Part shown: one piece after another, positions 18,390 through 29,340 of the stretch | How the letters are laid out: the number at the start of each line of letters is the position of its first letter | How positions within the stretch are numbered: the first letter of the stretch is position 1 | NCBI GenBank assembly: GCA_018674305.1 | Contig: JABHAL010000002.1 | Coordinates: forward strand, 1,286 to 65,285 | DNA length: 64,000 nucleotides | Direction of reading: 5' to 3' | From: Candidatus Falkowbacteria bacterium | GTDB taxonomy: Bacteria; Patescibacteriota; Patescibacteriia; UBA11705; JABHMO01 | The notes under the pieces: generated by a model | The model's input: only the letters and a program-made list of their open reading frames with translations | The model's database searches: none | What the model was told of the DNA's origin: nothing | Made by a program: the position numbers and the translations under genes

Positions 18390-18616
18390 ATGTGTATATA
18401 TTAGCACAAAAAAGACCCGTCAGACAAGAGACCCAAATCAGGTATCTTTACATGCTCCTGTCTCTCCTAGGCCACCTTGAGACTTGACATTACTTGAAAT
18501 AATTGCTAATCTATTGAAATCAAGATTGTACACATTGACACCAAAAACCATAAATGATATTTTAGAAAAGTATTTGTACAGCTAGTTCATTTAAACTCTT
18601 AGTGTGAGGAGATCAA

Positions 18617-18883
18617 ATGTCGAGATTCTCTGATGGCCGTTTTTGCACTCAGCCCAATGGGCAAGGAGGAACATGCAATGCGTTAATGGAGGAAAAATCA
18701 GTTTTTTGGCGTTGTCCTAAAGGGCATGATATAGTTTTCATGGAAAGTGAAGAGATAAAGGAAAAACTTGCTCGTGAACAAGTACGTTCAGAGCATGGTG
18801 GTAAAATTGCTTTTCGTAGTGCTTTATCAATGGACGGAAAAGAACTCTTTGCTAGACCAAACACACGCGGTGGTGCAAAATAA
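18617..18883 (+). CDS. small zinc-ribbon protein, 88 aa
   Basis: FCTQPNGQGGTCN...RCPKGH motif. Paralogous to the next ORF. GC is elevated (~42%). Confidence 0.45.
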   Translation: MSRFSDGRFCTQPNGQGGTCNALMEEKSVFWRCPKGHDIVFMESEEIKEKLAREQVRSEHGGKIAFRSALSMDGKELFARPNTRGGAK

Positions 18884-18909
18884 GCTCATCAATGGCTCAG
18901 GAGTAAACA

Positions 18910-19218
18910 GTGAGCAAAATATTTGAACAAGGGAACTTTTGTCCAGAGTGTGCTCAACATGGACAGTACAAACTGATGCAGAAAGGCATAGTTGTTCTAC
19001 GTTGTCCTGCTTGCCAACATGCCATGCCACTGCCTAAAGCAGAAATAAAACAACTCTCGGATCAAGCAGAACTTGAACTAGTTAGAGAAGAACGAATGAA
19101 ACGAGCGATTATTAGACCAGACATCGGGGAAATTTCCTCCCGCTTTAATGGCCGAAACCCAAGACCGACCGATTCAATGACTACAGAGATGAAGAAAACA
19201 GGTTGCAAAACAAGATAG
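18910..19218 (+). CDS. small zinc-ribbon protein, 102 aa; paralog
   Basis: FCPECAQHG...RCPACQH motif. A hairpin plus T-run terminator lies at ~19226-19260. Confidence 0.45.
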   Translation: MSKIFEQGNFCPECAQHGQYKLMQKGIVVLRCPACQHAMPLPKAEIKQLSDQAELELVREERMKRAIIRPDIGEISSRFNGRNPRPTDSMTTEMKKTGCKTR

Positions 19219-19293
19219 AAATACAAAACGCGGTTCGCACCTGAACCCCGTTTTTTTTATTTGAACTTTCTAAAGTTATCTAATTTTGCCCTC

Positions 19294-19791
19294 TTATAAT
19301 GCCGATTTAATACTCTTCAAAGCTTCGGGAAACAATGGAACAAATACCGAACCAATTACTAACAACACACTCGCCACGCTAGAAATTGACATTTGCCATA
19401 ATAACCAATCATTAAGCGGATATTTAAGTAAGAAATGTAAAATCACTGACAAAACAAAGATTCCTTCAACTAGACCTAGAATTAATCCCAGTAATTTATC
19501 AAAACTTGACACAAACGGCAGTATAGTAATAATTCTAAAAATCTTTCCAAACACCCAAAACATTAAACTGACTATTTTTATAGAAACGGAAAATATCAAG
19601 ATAAAAGCTATCACTTTAGAAAAATTCGAATCACCAAACCAAGTAGCTACTACAGGAAAATAACGACTAGCAATAATAACTGCTACGATTATTCCAATAA
19701 TAGAACCGAGAGATTCTAGAAATCCTTTTTTGAAGCCCAGCAATCCAATAACTAAGATCAAGCCTAATAAAATGTAATCTAGTGAGACCAT
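19294..19791 (-). CDS. cvpA: CvpA-family membrane protein
   Basis: MVSLDYILLGLILVIGLLGFKKGFLESL..., a four-TM CvpA-like N-terminus. A terminator lies downstream of it. Confidence 0.5.
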   Translation of the reverse strand: MVSLDYILLGLILVIGLLGFKKGFLESLGSIIGIIVAVIIASRYFPVVATWFGDSNFSKVIAFILIFSVSIKIVSLMFWVFGKIFRIITILPFVSSFDKLLGLILGLVEGIFVLSVILHFLLKYPLNDWLLWQMSISSVASVLLVIGSVFVPLFPEALKSIKSAL

Positions 19792-19915
19792 ATATGAATA
19801 ATATCTAATATCCAATACCAAATATCCAATAATTTATTTTCACCTAGAGAAATTATACCATATTTTTTAAAACAAAAAAACGTCCAGATAAATTTTTATC
19901 CAGACGTTATGTTTT

Positions 19916-20767
19916 TTACAAACGGCGTCGTCGCCCACTGGTATTTGACTGCCAGTAAGGATCAACGGTAACTGTTGAGGTCTCATCTTCGACTAATACT
20001 TCAGACTCAAACTCATCTTCTTCGATTGCTACTTCGACCTCGTCCGCATCAACAAGGATCATACTTTCGATTTCATCAATGATAACATCCTCATCATCAA
20101 GAATAATAGGATCTAGCACTTCGACTTCATCCGCATCAACAAGGATAACACCCGCGTCATCATCGTAATCAAGAATAATCTCATCGGGATTTGGTCCGAC
20201 TTCAATTTCACTTGGATGATCGTCAGTTGTGTCAACCATGACACCTTCATCTTCTTCAGGCTCAGGCGTAACTTCAGGCGCCTCAGCTCTGTTAGCCTTG
20301 GCGCCTTGGCTAAAATCCGGCGGTCCACCGTGGGCAGTCACCCCAATTGAAGTGTCTTCAGTAAAGTCAACCACCCTCCAACGTTCGCCATCAAACACGG
20401 CCAGCTTGACCCAGACAGTCAATTTGGGATGCTTGCGCTTGATGTTAGCAACAGCTTTTTCCAGATCAGCTTTGTAAGCTTTACGCTCAGCTGCTCGATC
20501 TCTGAACTTTTGAGTTCCACCATAAGCGCCACAATCATCATGAGCAACCAAGTAAACCTCAGTTACTCCATGTAGATCAACTGACAAGTTTACCATCTTC
20601 ATGGTACTGTCACGAGTTATTACATCGGCCAACATTTTCTGTCCACCAGGAATTGTGACTACATCACAATCGTCCCGTAGTCCATTATCAATCATGAACT
20701 TGTGAACAGCACCTTGGATCCTAAAATCCATACATGTAACCAATAAAGAAGCACAGTTATGCGACAT
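19916..20767 (-). CDS. beta-class carbonic anhydrase (Cab-type) with a long acidic, repetitive C-terminal tail
   Basis: CMDFR (CxDxR) and HDDCGAYGG (HxxCG) zinc-ligand motifs. The C-terminal ~140 aa are D/E-rich with ILVDADEVEV repeated, ending in RRRRL. The gene body is GC-rich (~48%). The start is placed at the MSHNC aligned with the paralog. Confidence 0.55.
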   Translation of the reverse strand: MSHNCASLLVTCMDFRIQGAVHKFMIDNGLRDDCDVVTIPGGQKMLADVITRDSTMKMVNLSVDLHGVTEVYLVAHDDCGAYGGTQKFRDRAAERKAYKADLEKAVANIKRKHPKLTVWVKLAVFDGERWRVVDFTEDTSIGVTAHGGPPDFSQGAKANRAEAPEVTPEPEEDEGVMVDTTDDHPSEIEVGPNPDEIILDYDDDAGVILVDADEVEVLDPIILDDEDVIIDEIESMILVDADEVEVAIEEDEFESEVLVEDETSTVTVDPYWQSNTSGRRRRL

Positions 20768-20851
20768 TTTTTCCCTCCTGTGTAAAGAACTTGACTGATT
20801 GTAAAGTTTAGCACATATTATAATATTGTCAAGTACTATTGCAAAATAACT

Positions 20852-20880
20852 CAAAAAAGCCCCTTTAGGGGCTTTTAACG
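20852..20880 (-). terminator. rho-independent terminator
   Basis: gcccc-taaa-ggggc followed by TTTTTT on the minus strand, after the 20887..21297 stop. Confidence 0.55.
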
Positions 20881-20886
20881 TTTATC

Positions 20887-21297
20887 TTAAAGTTCCTTGA
20901 TCTCAATTTCTTCATCTTCATTAAAAACAACTAGCATTTTACGTACAGCGATATCTGGATATTTTTTCTTTACTATTTCTTCTGCCGTTGTCATATCTTC
21001 GTCATATTTTGCTTTTTCAGATTCATCATCGTCAAAACTATCACTTCCACCATAGGCACCACAATCCTGATGCGCCATAAATATAACTGTATTTATACCG
21101 TGGAGTTTTACTGAAAGTTCAATTTGTTTCAAAACTGTAGCACGAGTATCTTCATCCAATAATGCTTTTTGTGCACCAGCAATAGATACTAAATCATAAT
21201 CTTTTGTTAATCCGTTCTCATTTACCCAACAACAAATAGCTTTATGAAATCGAAAATCCATGCAGGTAATTAAAAGATTGTTGCAATTGTGTGACAT
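20887..21297 (-). CDS. beta-class carbonic anhydrase (Cab-type), short
   Basis: ITCMDFRF...SIAGAQ...MAHQDCGAYGG aligns with archaeal Cab ITCMDSRL...NAGN...GHTDCGM. AT-rich like the host genome. Confidence 0.55.
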   Translation of the reverse strand: MSHNCNNLLITCMDFRFHKAICCWVNENGLTKDYDLVSIAGAQKALLDEDTRATVLKQIELSVKLHGINTVIFMAHQDCGAYGGSDSFDDDESEKAKYDEDMTTAEEIVKKKYPDIAVRKMLVVFNEDEEIEIKEL

Positions 21298-21321
21298 AAT
21301 TTGAATTTAAAATTATTATTA

Positions 21322-21777
21322 TTAACCTTTATGTTCATAATCTTTAATATTTATTCCCCGCTGTTCAATGCGTCGTAAATGCTTACGACCGACTCTAATT
21401 CGAGCCAGCTCTTTTTCTATTTGTGCAGTCAGGGCTGCAAACTCTCGAGAGTCAACTGCTTTTTGTTCTCTCAAATCTGTTGCTCTCTGCATAGCAACTT
21501 TAGCTCTTTCTAAATCAATTTCCTCTGATCGCTCTGCTCTGTCTGCTAAAACTACAACTTTAGTTGACAATACTTCAAGAAAACCTCCAGCAACTGACAC
21601 CGTTGTTTCACCTTCTCCCTTCCTAATAATAATTTCACCAGCTTTTAAAATAGAAATTAGCGGAATATGATTTGGCAAAATTGTAATTTCACCCATTTCT
21701 GTAGGAACAGTAACCGAATCAACGTCGTCTTTGTAAACGACTTTTTCTGGTGTAGCAATTTTAAAATTAATTTTCAT
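21322..21777 (-). CDS. atpC: ATP synthase F1 epsilon subunit
   Basis: 151 aa; last gene of the atp operon. Confidence 0.8.
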   Translation of the reverse strand: MKINFKIATPEKVVYKDDVDSVTVPTEMGEITILPNHIPLISILKAGEIIIRKGEGETTVSVAGGFLEVLSTKVVVLADRAERSEEIDLERAKVAMQRATDLREQKAVDSREFAALTAQIEKELARIRVGRKHLRRIEQRGINIKDYEHKG

Positions 21778-21784
21778 GTGTTTT

Positions 21785-23155
<1,371 letters not shown>

Positions 23156-23207
23156 TTATTAGATTAAAGATTTATAATTATATAATTACACAAAATTAAT
23201 TTTCAAT

Positions 23208-24167
23208 TTAAGACTTTGACGCCGCAGCCCCAGAACTAATCTCGGCGATCTCCTGAGTAATGGCAGCTTGTCTGGCTTGATTAAAAGACAAAGTCAAATC
23301 ACTAATCATATCCTCTGCAGCATCAGAGGCATTTTTCATCGCCATCATTCGAGCACTATGCTCTGAAGCTTCTGACTCCAAAACAGCTTGATAAACCTGT
23401 ACTTCAATTAAACGTGGGAGTAACTGTTCCAATACTTTCTCTGCGCTTGGTTCAAAAAGATATTCATAACTGTACTTGCCTTTAATTAAATATCTTTTTC
23501 TTTTTTCGTCAATAAACTGTTTTCTGGTTCCAACACCAGCACCTTCACTTTTACCTACAACACCTAAATACTCATCTGGTTCTGACTCAATTGGCAAAAG
23601 CTGTTTTACTCGTACTGTTTGTTTCATACTTGACTCAAAATCTGTAAAAGCCACAAACACTTTATCATACTTGCCACTACTAAAATCTTTTATGGCAATT
23701 GAAGCAACCGGCGCCACCTCATCAGCGGTTAAAGTTAAATCTTGCTTTTGGAAATCTGCCACGATATTATATCCAGCGCTTTTAATTATATCCCTTGGTT
23801 TCGAGCCCAAAGTTATAACTTCCGTAGTTTTTATATTTTTTTCATGTTTTTTTATTGAAGCAATTGCTTTTTGTACAACTTGAAGATTAAATCCACCACA
23901 TAAGCCACGATTTGATCCAATCAAAACCAAAGCGACATTTTCAATCTTATGACGGTTAACCAATAGCACATGCTTATCCGAGTCTGTTCGCTCAGCTAAA
24001 TTCAATACTGTTGCCCAGGCTAAATTTGAATAGTCACGTGTTGCCAAAACTGAATCAACCGCTTTGCGCATTTTTGCAGCAGCGACCATTTCCATAGCCT
24101 TGGTAATTTTCCTAGTATTACCGACTGATTTTAATCGACGTTTAATTTCTCTTGTACCTTTTGCCAT
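23208..24167 (-). CDS. atpG: ATP synthase F1 gamma subunit
   Basis: 319 aa with N- and C-terminal coiled-coil helices (…ITQEIAEI…). Confidence 0.85.
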   Translation of the reverse strand: MAKGTREIKRRLKSVGNTRKITKAMEMVAAAKMRKAVDSVLATRDYSNLAWATVLNLAERTDSDKHVLLVNRHKIENVALVLIGSNRGLCGGFNLQVVQKAIASIKKHEKNIKTTEVITLGSKPRDIIKSAGYNIVADFQKQDLTLTADEVAPVASIAIKDFSSGKYDKVFVAFTDFESSMKQTVRVKQLLPIESEPDEYLGVVGKSEGAGVGTRKQFIDEKRKRYLIKGKYSYEYLFEPSAEKVLEQLLPRLIEVQVYQAVLESEASEHSARMMAMKNASDAAEDMISDLTLSFNQARQAAITQEIAEISSGAAASKS

Positions 24168-24172
24168 AGATA

Positions 24173-25705
24173 TTATGCTTTTTCTGTTTTTATTAACATT
24201 TCCTCAACAGTTCCCTTATAATCTTTAACAATTTTAACGATATCTTTTTCTAATTTTTCATCAAGTGCACCCTTCTTTTTTAGATCTAGCAATACATCCT
24301 TAGCATTATTATCAAAGTATTTATATAAACCATTTTCAAATTCGCTAACTTTTGCTACTTGTATATCATCCAAATGACCATTAATTACTGAATAAATAAT
24401 AATAACTTGCTTTTCAACTTCTACTGGTTGATATTGGCCTTGTTTTAGAATTTCTGTAATTCTCTTTCCAGTTTCCAATTGCTTTTGAGTTGATTCATCC
24501 AGATCAGATCCAAATTGAGCAAAAGCTGCTAATTCACGATATTGAGCAACTTCTAATCGTAATTTCCCAGCCACTTTTTTCATGGCTTTGATTTGAGCAC
24601 TTGACCCAACACGAGAAACTGACAAACCAACGTTAACAGCAGGTCTAATACCTTGATTAAATAAATCATTTTCTAAAAATATTTGACCGTCAGTAATAGA
24701 AATAACATTTGTTGGGATGTAAGCTGAAATATCGCCTGCCTGTGTTTCAATTATTGGTAAAGCAGTAATAGAACCACCACCAAAATCTTCATTCAATTTA
24801 GCAGACCGCTCAAGTAGACGTGAATGTAAGTAAAACACATCACCAGGATAAGCTTCACGCCCAGGTGGACGTTTTAGAAGCAAGGAAATCTCACGATAAG
24901 CTACGGCATGCTTGGATAAATCATCATACACAATCAAAACGTCTTTGCCTTGATCCAAAAAGTACTCAGCCATGGCACAGCCCGCCTGTGGCGCGATATA
25001 ACTAATTGAAGCTGGCATAGATGCTCCAGCTAATACAATAATTGTGTGCTCCATTGCACCTTCTTCTTCCAGCTTAGCAACAATCTTTGCAATTTTTGAT
25101 TCTTTCTGACCGATAGCCACGTATACACAAATTAAGTCCTTACCTTTTTGATTAATAATAGTATCAATAGCAATTGCGGTTTTTCCTGTTTGCCTATCAC
25201 CAATAATTAATTCTCGTTGTCCACGTCCAATTGGAATCATTGAATCAATAGCTTTAATTCCTGTTTGAACAGGCTGATGCACTGATTTTCTAGTAATAAC
25301 TCCCGGCGCGATCTTTTCAACAGGATAAAAAGTTTCTGTTTGAATTTTTCCTTTACCGTCTAATGGAGCTCCCAAAGGATCAAGAACACGACCGATAGTT
25401 GCTTCCCCTACTGGAACTTGCAAAATTTTACCTGTACTTTTAACAATTGTCCCTTCCTTAATTTCAAGACAGTCACCCAAAATCATTGCTCCAACTAATT
25501 CTTCCTCTAAATTCAAAGCAACTCCAAATACACCATTGCCAAAATCCAACATTTCAGCAGACATAACCTCAGAAAGACCAGCTATTTTTGCAATTCCATC
25601 ACCAACTTCAACAACTCGTCCTGTTTCTTCAACTGACATGTTCTCATCAAAATCAGCAATCTGTTTTTTTAATGTTTCAACTACAAAGTCTTTATTTTTC
25701 GACAT
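24173..25705 (-). CDS. atpA: ATP synthase F1 alpha subunit
   Basis: GDRQTGKT Walker A; 510 aa. Confidence 0.95.
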   Translation of the reverse strand: MSKNKDFVVETLKKQIADFDENMSVEETGRVVEVGDGIAKIAGLSEVMSAEMLDFGNGVFGVALNLEEELVGAMILGDCLEIKEGTIVKSTGKILQVPVGEATIGRVLDPLGAPLDGKGKIQTETFYPVEKIAPGVITRKSVHQPVQTGIKAIDSMIPIGRGQRELIIGDRQTGKTAIAIDTIINQKGKDLICVYVAIGQKESKIAKIVAKLEEEGAMEHTIIVLAGASMPASISYIAPQAGCAMAEYFLDQGKDVLIVYDDLSKHAVAYREISLLLKRPPGREAYPGDVFYLHSRLLERSAKLNEDFGGGSITALPIIETQAGDISAYIPTNVISITDGQIFLENDLFNQGIRPAVNVGLSVSRVGSSAQIKAMKKVAGKLRLEVAQYRELAAFAQFGSDLDESTQKQLETGKRITEILKQGQYQPVEVEKQVIIIYSVINGHLDDIQVAKVSEFENGLYKYFDNNAKDVLLDLKKKGALDEKLEKDIVKIVKDYKGTVEEMLIKTEKA

Positions 25706-25741
25706 AATAAATAAAATTATTAAAAATTAATGTTTATATAT

Positions 25742-26281
25742 TTATTCAAAGTTTTCTATTTTTTTCTCAAGACGATTTATTTTTCCGTAAACACTACCAT
25801 CAATAACCATATCACCAATAATTATTTTCAATCCCCCCAACAAGCTTTCATTTATAACATTTCGCAAAACAACACTTGAACCGATCTTCTTTTTTACAAT
25901 TTGGTTTATTGCCTTCTCCATTTCTGGGGTTAATGGGATAACTGACTCCACTACTATTTCTTCAATTTCATTATTTTTCAGGTTAGATTTTTTAGTTTGT
26001 TGTAAAATTTGGGAAAGATATATTAACTTATTATTTTTGATTAAGAGATACAAAAAATTATAAGTTCTTTTACTTAGAAAATCCTGGAAAATATTACTTA
26101 ATGCTTCCTTTTTTTGAGCAAAAGTAACCTGCTTATTCATTAAATATTTTTTAAAATCCAAATTCTCTGCCAGCTTTTCTTCTACATTCTTTAATTCGTC
26201 AATTATTTGATCGTAGCAGTTGTGTTCCACCCCTAGCTCAATCAACGATTTTGCGTAATGTTTTATTTTGGCAATTTTCAT
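25742..26281 (-). CDS. atpH: ATP synthase F1 delta subunit (OSCP)
   Basis: 179 aa; its position matches the operon order. Confidence 0.7.
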   Translation of the reverse strand: MKIAKIKHYAKSLIELGVEHNCYDQIIDELKNVEEKLAENLDFKKYLMNKQVTFAQKKEALSNIFQDFLSKRTYNFLYLLIKNNKLIYLSQILQQTKKSNLKNNEIEEIVVESVIPLTPEMEKAINQIVKKKIGSSVVLRNVINESLLGGLKIIIGDMVIDGSVYGKINRLEKKIENFE

Positions 26282-26283
26282 AG

Positions 26284-26796
26284 TTATTTCAAATCCGCAT
26301 TTTTCAAGTCCGCGATTGTTTGCTCAATTAATTTCTTATGTTTTTTTTCATCAATTGACCCAGATGCAATTTTATCCAACGCCAAGGCTATTAGTCCGCC
26401 AAGTTCATCTTTAACATCCTTCAACATCAATGTTCGCTCAGCACCGATCTGTGAGCGTGCATCAGTAATAATTTTTTCGACTTCCTTTTGTGCTTTAGTT
26501 ACTTTTTCTGCTCGCACCTCTTCTCCCTGTTTTTCTGACTTAGAAATAATGCCCTGAGCTTCCTTTCTTCCCTTTTTTACTTCCACTTCTCTTTCTTCTT
26601 CAATCTCTAACATTTTTCCCTCAATTTTTTCTGCATCAGTAATACCTTTTTTGATTTTTTCCTCACGTTCTTTCATTAACTTAACCAAAGGCTTCAAAGC
26701 AAAGACTCCAAGCACTACAATAACAATTACAAAATTAACACTTTGCGCTATTAATAATCGCCAGTCAATGTGAAATGTTTTTATTAAATCATCCAT
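26284..26796 (-). CDS. atpF: ATP synthase Fo b subunit
   Basis: N-terminal TM helix followed by a long charged helix. Confidence 0.7.
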   Translation of the reverse strand: MDDLIKTFHIDWRLLIAQSVNFVIVIVVLGVFALKPLVKLMKEREEKIKKGITDAEKIEGKMLEIEEEREVEVKKGRKEAQGIISKSEKQGEEVRAEKVTKAQKEVEKIITDARSQIGAERTLMLKDVKDELGGLIALALDKIASGSIDEKKHKKLIEQTIADLKNADLK

Positions 26797-26885
26797 ATAA
26801 AATAGTTAAAAGTTAAAAGTTTATAAAGCTATAAAGATAATACTCTTGGACCTGCTCCGAATAATTTCGAAGCAGAACAAAAATA

Positions 26886-27107
<222 letters not shown>

Positions 27108-27176
27108 TTAACTTTCAAATCGACTGGATTGTTTCTTGTTTAAAGTCGTTATTCAGTTAATTATATTAATAATTAA

Positions 27177-28076
27177 TTAATGTTCGTCACTCATGGCAAT
27201 AGAAAAATATACTAAACTCAACATAGCAAATATCAAGGCTTGAATTACACCAACGATTATCTCCAAGAACATAAACGGAATTGGCAGACCAAATGCAAAA
27301 ATAACGGCAATTGACGACAATAGCACTTCACCTGCAAAAACATTCCCAAATAAACGAAATGACAAAGAAGCAACTTTAGCAATCTCTCCAATTATTTCAA
27401 CCAACCCAACGAAAAACTTAATTGGATTGACCACCACAATAGTTGGGTCTTTTCTAATTTTCATTGGAATATGCGCCAACGCCTTCAAATTAACAAATTT
27501 ATTCAAATGCTTAAATGTGCCAACTGAGATCATACCAAAAATGTTGGCCACAACTACAGATATTAGAGCAAGGGCTAAAGTAGTATTCAAATCAGCTGTT
27601 CCTCCCCGAAAAAGTGGTACAAAAACTTTATGACCAAGGCCCTCTTGAATAAATCCAATAGACCCGATTCCAGGCAGTAAGCCCAACCAATTATTCATCA
27701 AAATAAAAACGAAAAAGGTTAAGACAATTGGGAACACTTTCATGGATTTTTTATGATCACCGGTAACTGAATCACAAAGATTTACACCTCCCTCAACAAT
27801 CATCTCAAAAATATTTTGAATCCCTTTTGGTATTTGTTTAAGTTTTATTCTTATTGCAACGGCCAAAACAACCAAAACCACAACCACAATCCAGGTATTT
27901 AACAATGAATTAGTAATAGTAAAATTTCCAACATTAAGAATTGGCTCAGCACCAAGGGTTATTTCATGCCCTATATGTTCTTTAGTGGCATGTGTCTCCT
28001 GATTTCCAACCTCCTCATTATTAATGATTACCTGGAGATTTTCATTCTCATGATTTTCTTCTAGTTGCAAATTCAT
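27177..28076 (-). CDS. atpB: ATP synthase Fo a subunit
   Basis: Polytopic membrane protein with the conserved Arg-bearing penultimate helix (...SLSFRLFGNVFAGE...). Confidence 0.8.
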   Translation of the reverse strand: MNLQLEENHENENLQVIINNEEVGNQETHATKEHIGHEITLGAEPILNVGNFTITNSLLNTWIVVVVLVVLAVAIRIKLKQIPKGIQNIFEMIVEGGVNLCDSVTGDHKKSMKVFPIVLTFFVFILMNNWLGLLPGIGSIGFIQEGLGHKVFVPLFRGGTADLNTTLALALISVVVANIFGMISVGTFKHLNKFVNLKALAHIPMKIRKDPTIVVVNPIKFFVGLVEIIGEIAKVASLSFRLFGNVFAGEVLLSSIAVIFAFGLPIPFMFLEIIVGVIQALIFAMLSLVYFSIAMSDEH

Positions 28077-28342
28077 ATTTCTTTAGTTTCCTTCGATTTG
28101 TTCGGTTTATCCATCTTCTTCATTTCTCGGATTGTTATTACAATCAAACCAATATTGGTAATTAAAAAAGCCACTGCTAAACAAACGATTAGGTAGAGTG
28201 GCTCGCTTTCAAACTTAGTATCAATCCAGCGCCCTAAATAAAGCCCCGCTATAATTGGGAAAACAATCCATCCTGAAACCTGCGCAAAAAATTCAATTGC
28301 CGGTTTCCACCATAATTTGTCTTGTTTTTTATCTTTAAGCAT
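28073..28342 (-). CDS. AtpI/AtpZ-like small membrane protein (first gene of the atp operon)
   Basis: 89 aa, two TM helices; its stop overlaps the atpB start. Confidence 0.4.
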   Translation of the reverse strand: MLKDKKQDKLWWKPAIEFFAQVSGWIVFPIIAGLYLGRWIDTKFESEPLYLIVCLAVAFLITNIGLIVITIREMKKMDKPNKSKETKEI

Positions 28343-28414
28343 ATGAAAGCAACTTCATTCTATCATTAAATTGAAAAAGGGTCAAGAGTTTTGTACACAT
28401 GCCAGAAATGTAAT

Positions 28415-28447
28415 AAAAAACCTGTTTTTTACATAAACAGGTTTTCT
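28415..28447 (-). terminator. terminator after tatD
   Basis: aacctgttt-atgtaaaaa-aacaggtt followed by TTTTTT on the minus strand. Confidence 0.5.
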
Positions 28448-28456
28448 TATATTTTA

Positions 28457-29287
28457 TTATAACTTGAACAATTTCTTAGCATTTTCATCAGTTTGTTTTT
28501 CAACTTGTTGAACGGACAAACCCTTCAATTCAGCAATCTTGGCAATCACATATTCCACAAAGGCCGGTTCGTTCCTTTTTCCCCTATGTGGAACAGGAGT
28601 TAAATACGGACAATCTGTTTCTGTAACAATTTTTTCTAGTGAGGTTTGTTTAATCACTTCATGATATTTTTCTGCCTTGTTAAATGTGATCACACCATTA
28701 AACCCTAAATAAAAACCTAAATCAACTAATTCAACAGCTTGTTCGGCTGAACCAATAAAACAGTGAATAACTCCCCCCTTTTTAATTCGATTATTTTTCA
28801 AAATCTGAATTAAATCCTCATACGCTTCACGACAATGAAGAATCATAGGTAAATCCAATTCATTCGCCAATTCTATATGTTTGATTAGAACTTGTTTTTG
28901 TTTTGTAATCTGCTCATCTTTATCATCTTCTGTTAAATGGTAATAATCCAACCCCGTTTCACCGATAGCGACTATTTTATCTGAACTTTTTCCAAGTTGT
29001 AAATATTTATCATAATCAAATTCTTCCGCCCGAGAAACAAACTCCACTTTTTCTTTATTATCAACTTGATGAGAGACTTCCCTTTCTTGTAAATGAATTG
29101 GATGCAAGGCAACAGCAACATAAACACCAGATTCATACTTTTCTGCCATTTGAACTGCTCGTTCACTGGTCGAGTACTGCGAACCAACCAAAATCATTCC
29201 AACGCCTTTTTCTTGCGCGCGTTTAATCACTTCGTCTGAGTCTTCTTTGTATGCGCTAAAGTTTACATGCGCATGAGTATCGAACAT
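28457..29287 (-). CDS. tatD: TatD-family metal-dependent hydrolase
   Basis: MFDTHAHVNF... HxH motif; 276 aa TIM-barrel hydrolase. Confidence 0.8.
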   Translation of the reverse strand: MFDTHAHVNFSAYKEDSDEVIKRAQEKGVGMILVGSQYSTSERAVQMAEKYESGVYVAVALHPIHLQEREVSHQVDNKEKVEFVSRAEEFDYDKYLQLGKSSDKIVAIGETGLDYYHLTEDDKDEQITKQKQVLIKHIELANELDLPMILHCREAYEDLIQILKNNRIKKGGVIHCFIGSAEQAVELVDLGFYLGFNGVITFNKAEKYHEVIKQTSLEKIVTETDCPYLTPVPHRGKRNEPAFVEYVIAKIAELKGLSVQQVEKQTDENAKKLFKL

Positions 29288-29340
29288 ACAATTAATAAGG
29301 CTAAATATGGCGAAACAAGGTAATAAGGCACAACATAAAG

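Noticed and set aside
3587-19905. Shared aaaaacgtcc(c)aga...ccaga(a)cgtt sequences as a dispersed repeat
   Set aside because: Both are simply intrinsic terminators of minus-strand genes. Their stems need G-U pairs that only form in the minus-strand RNA. The similarity is short and consistent with convergent terminator composition.
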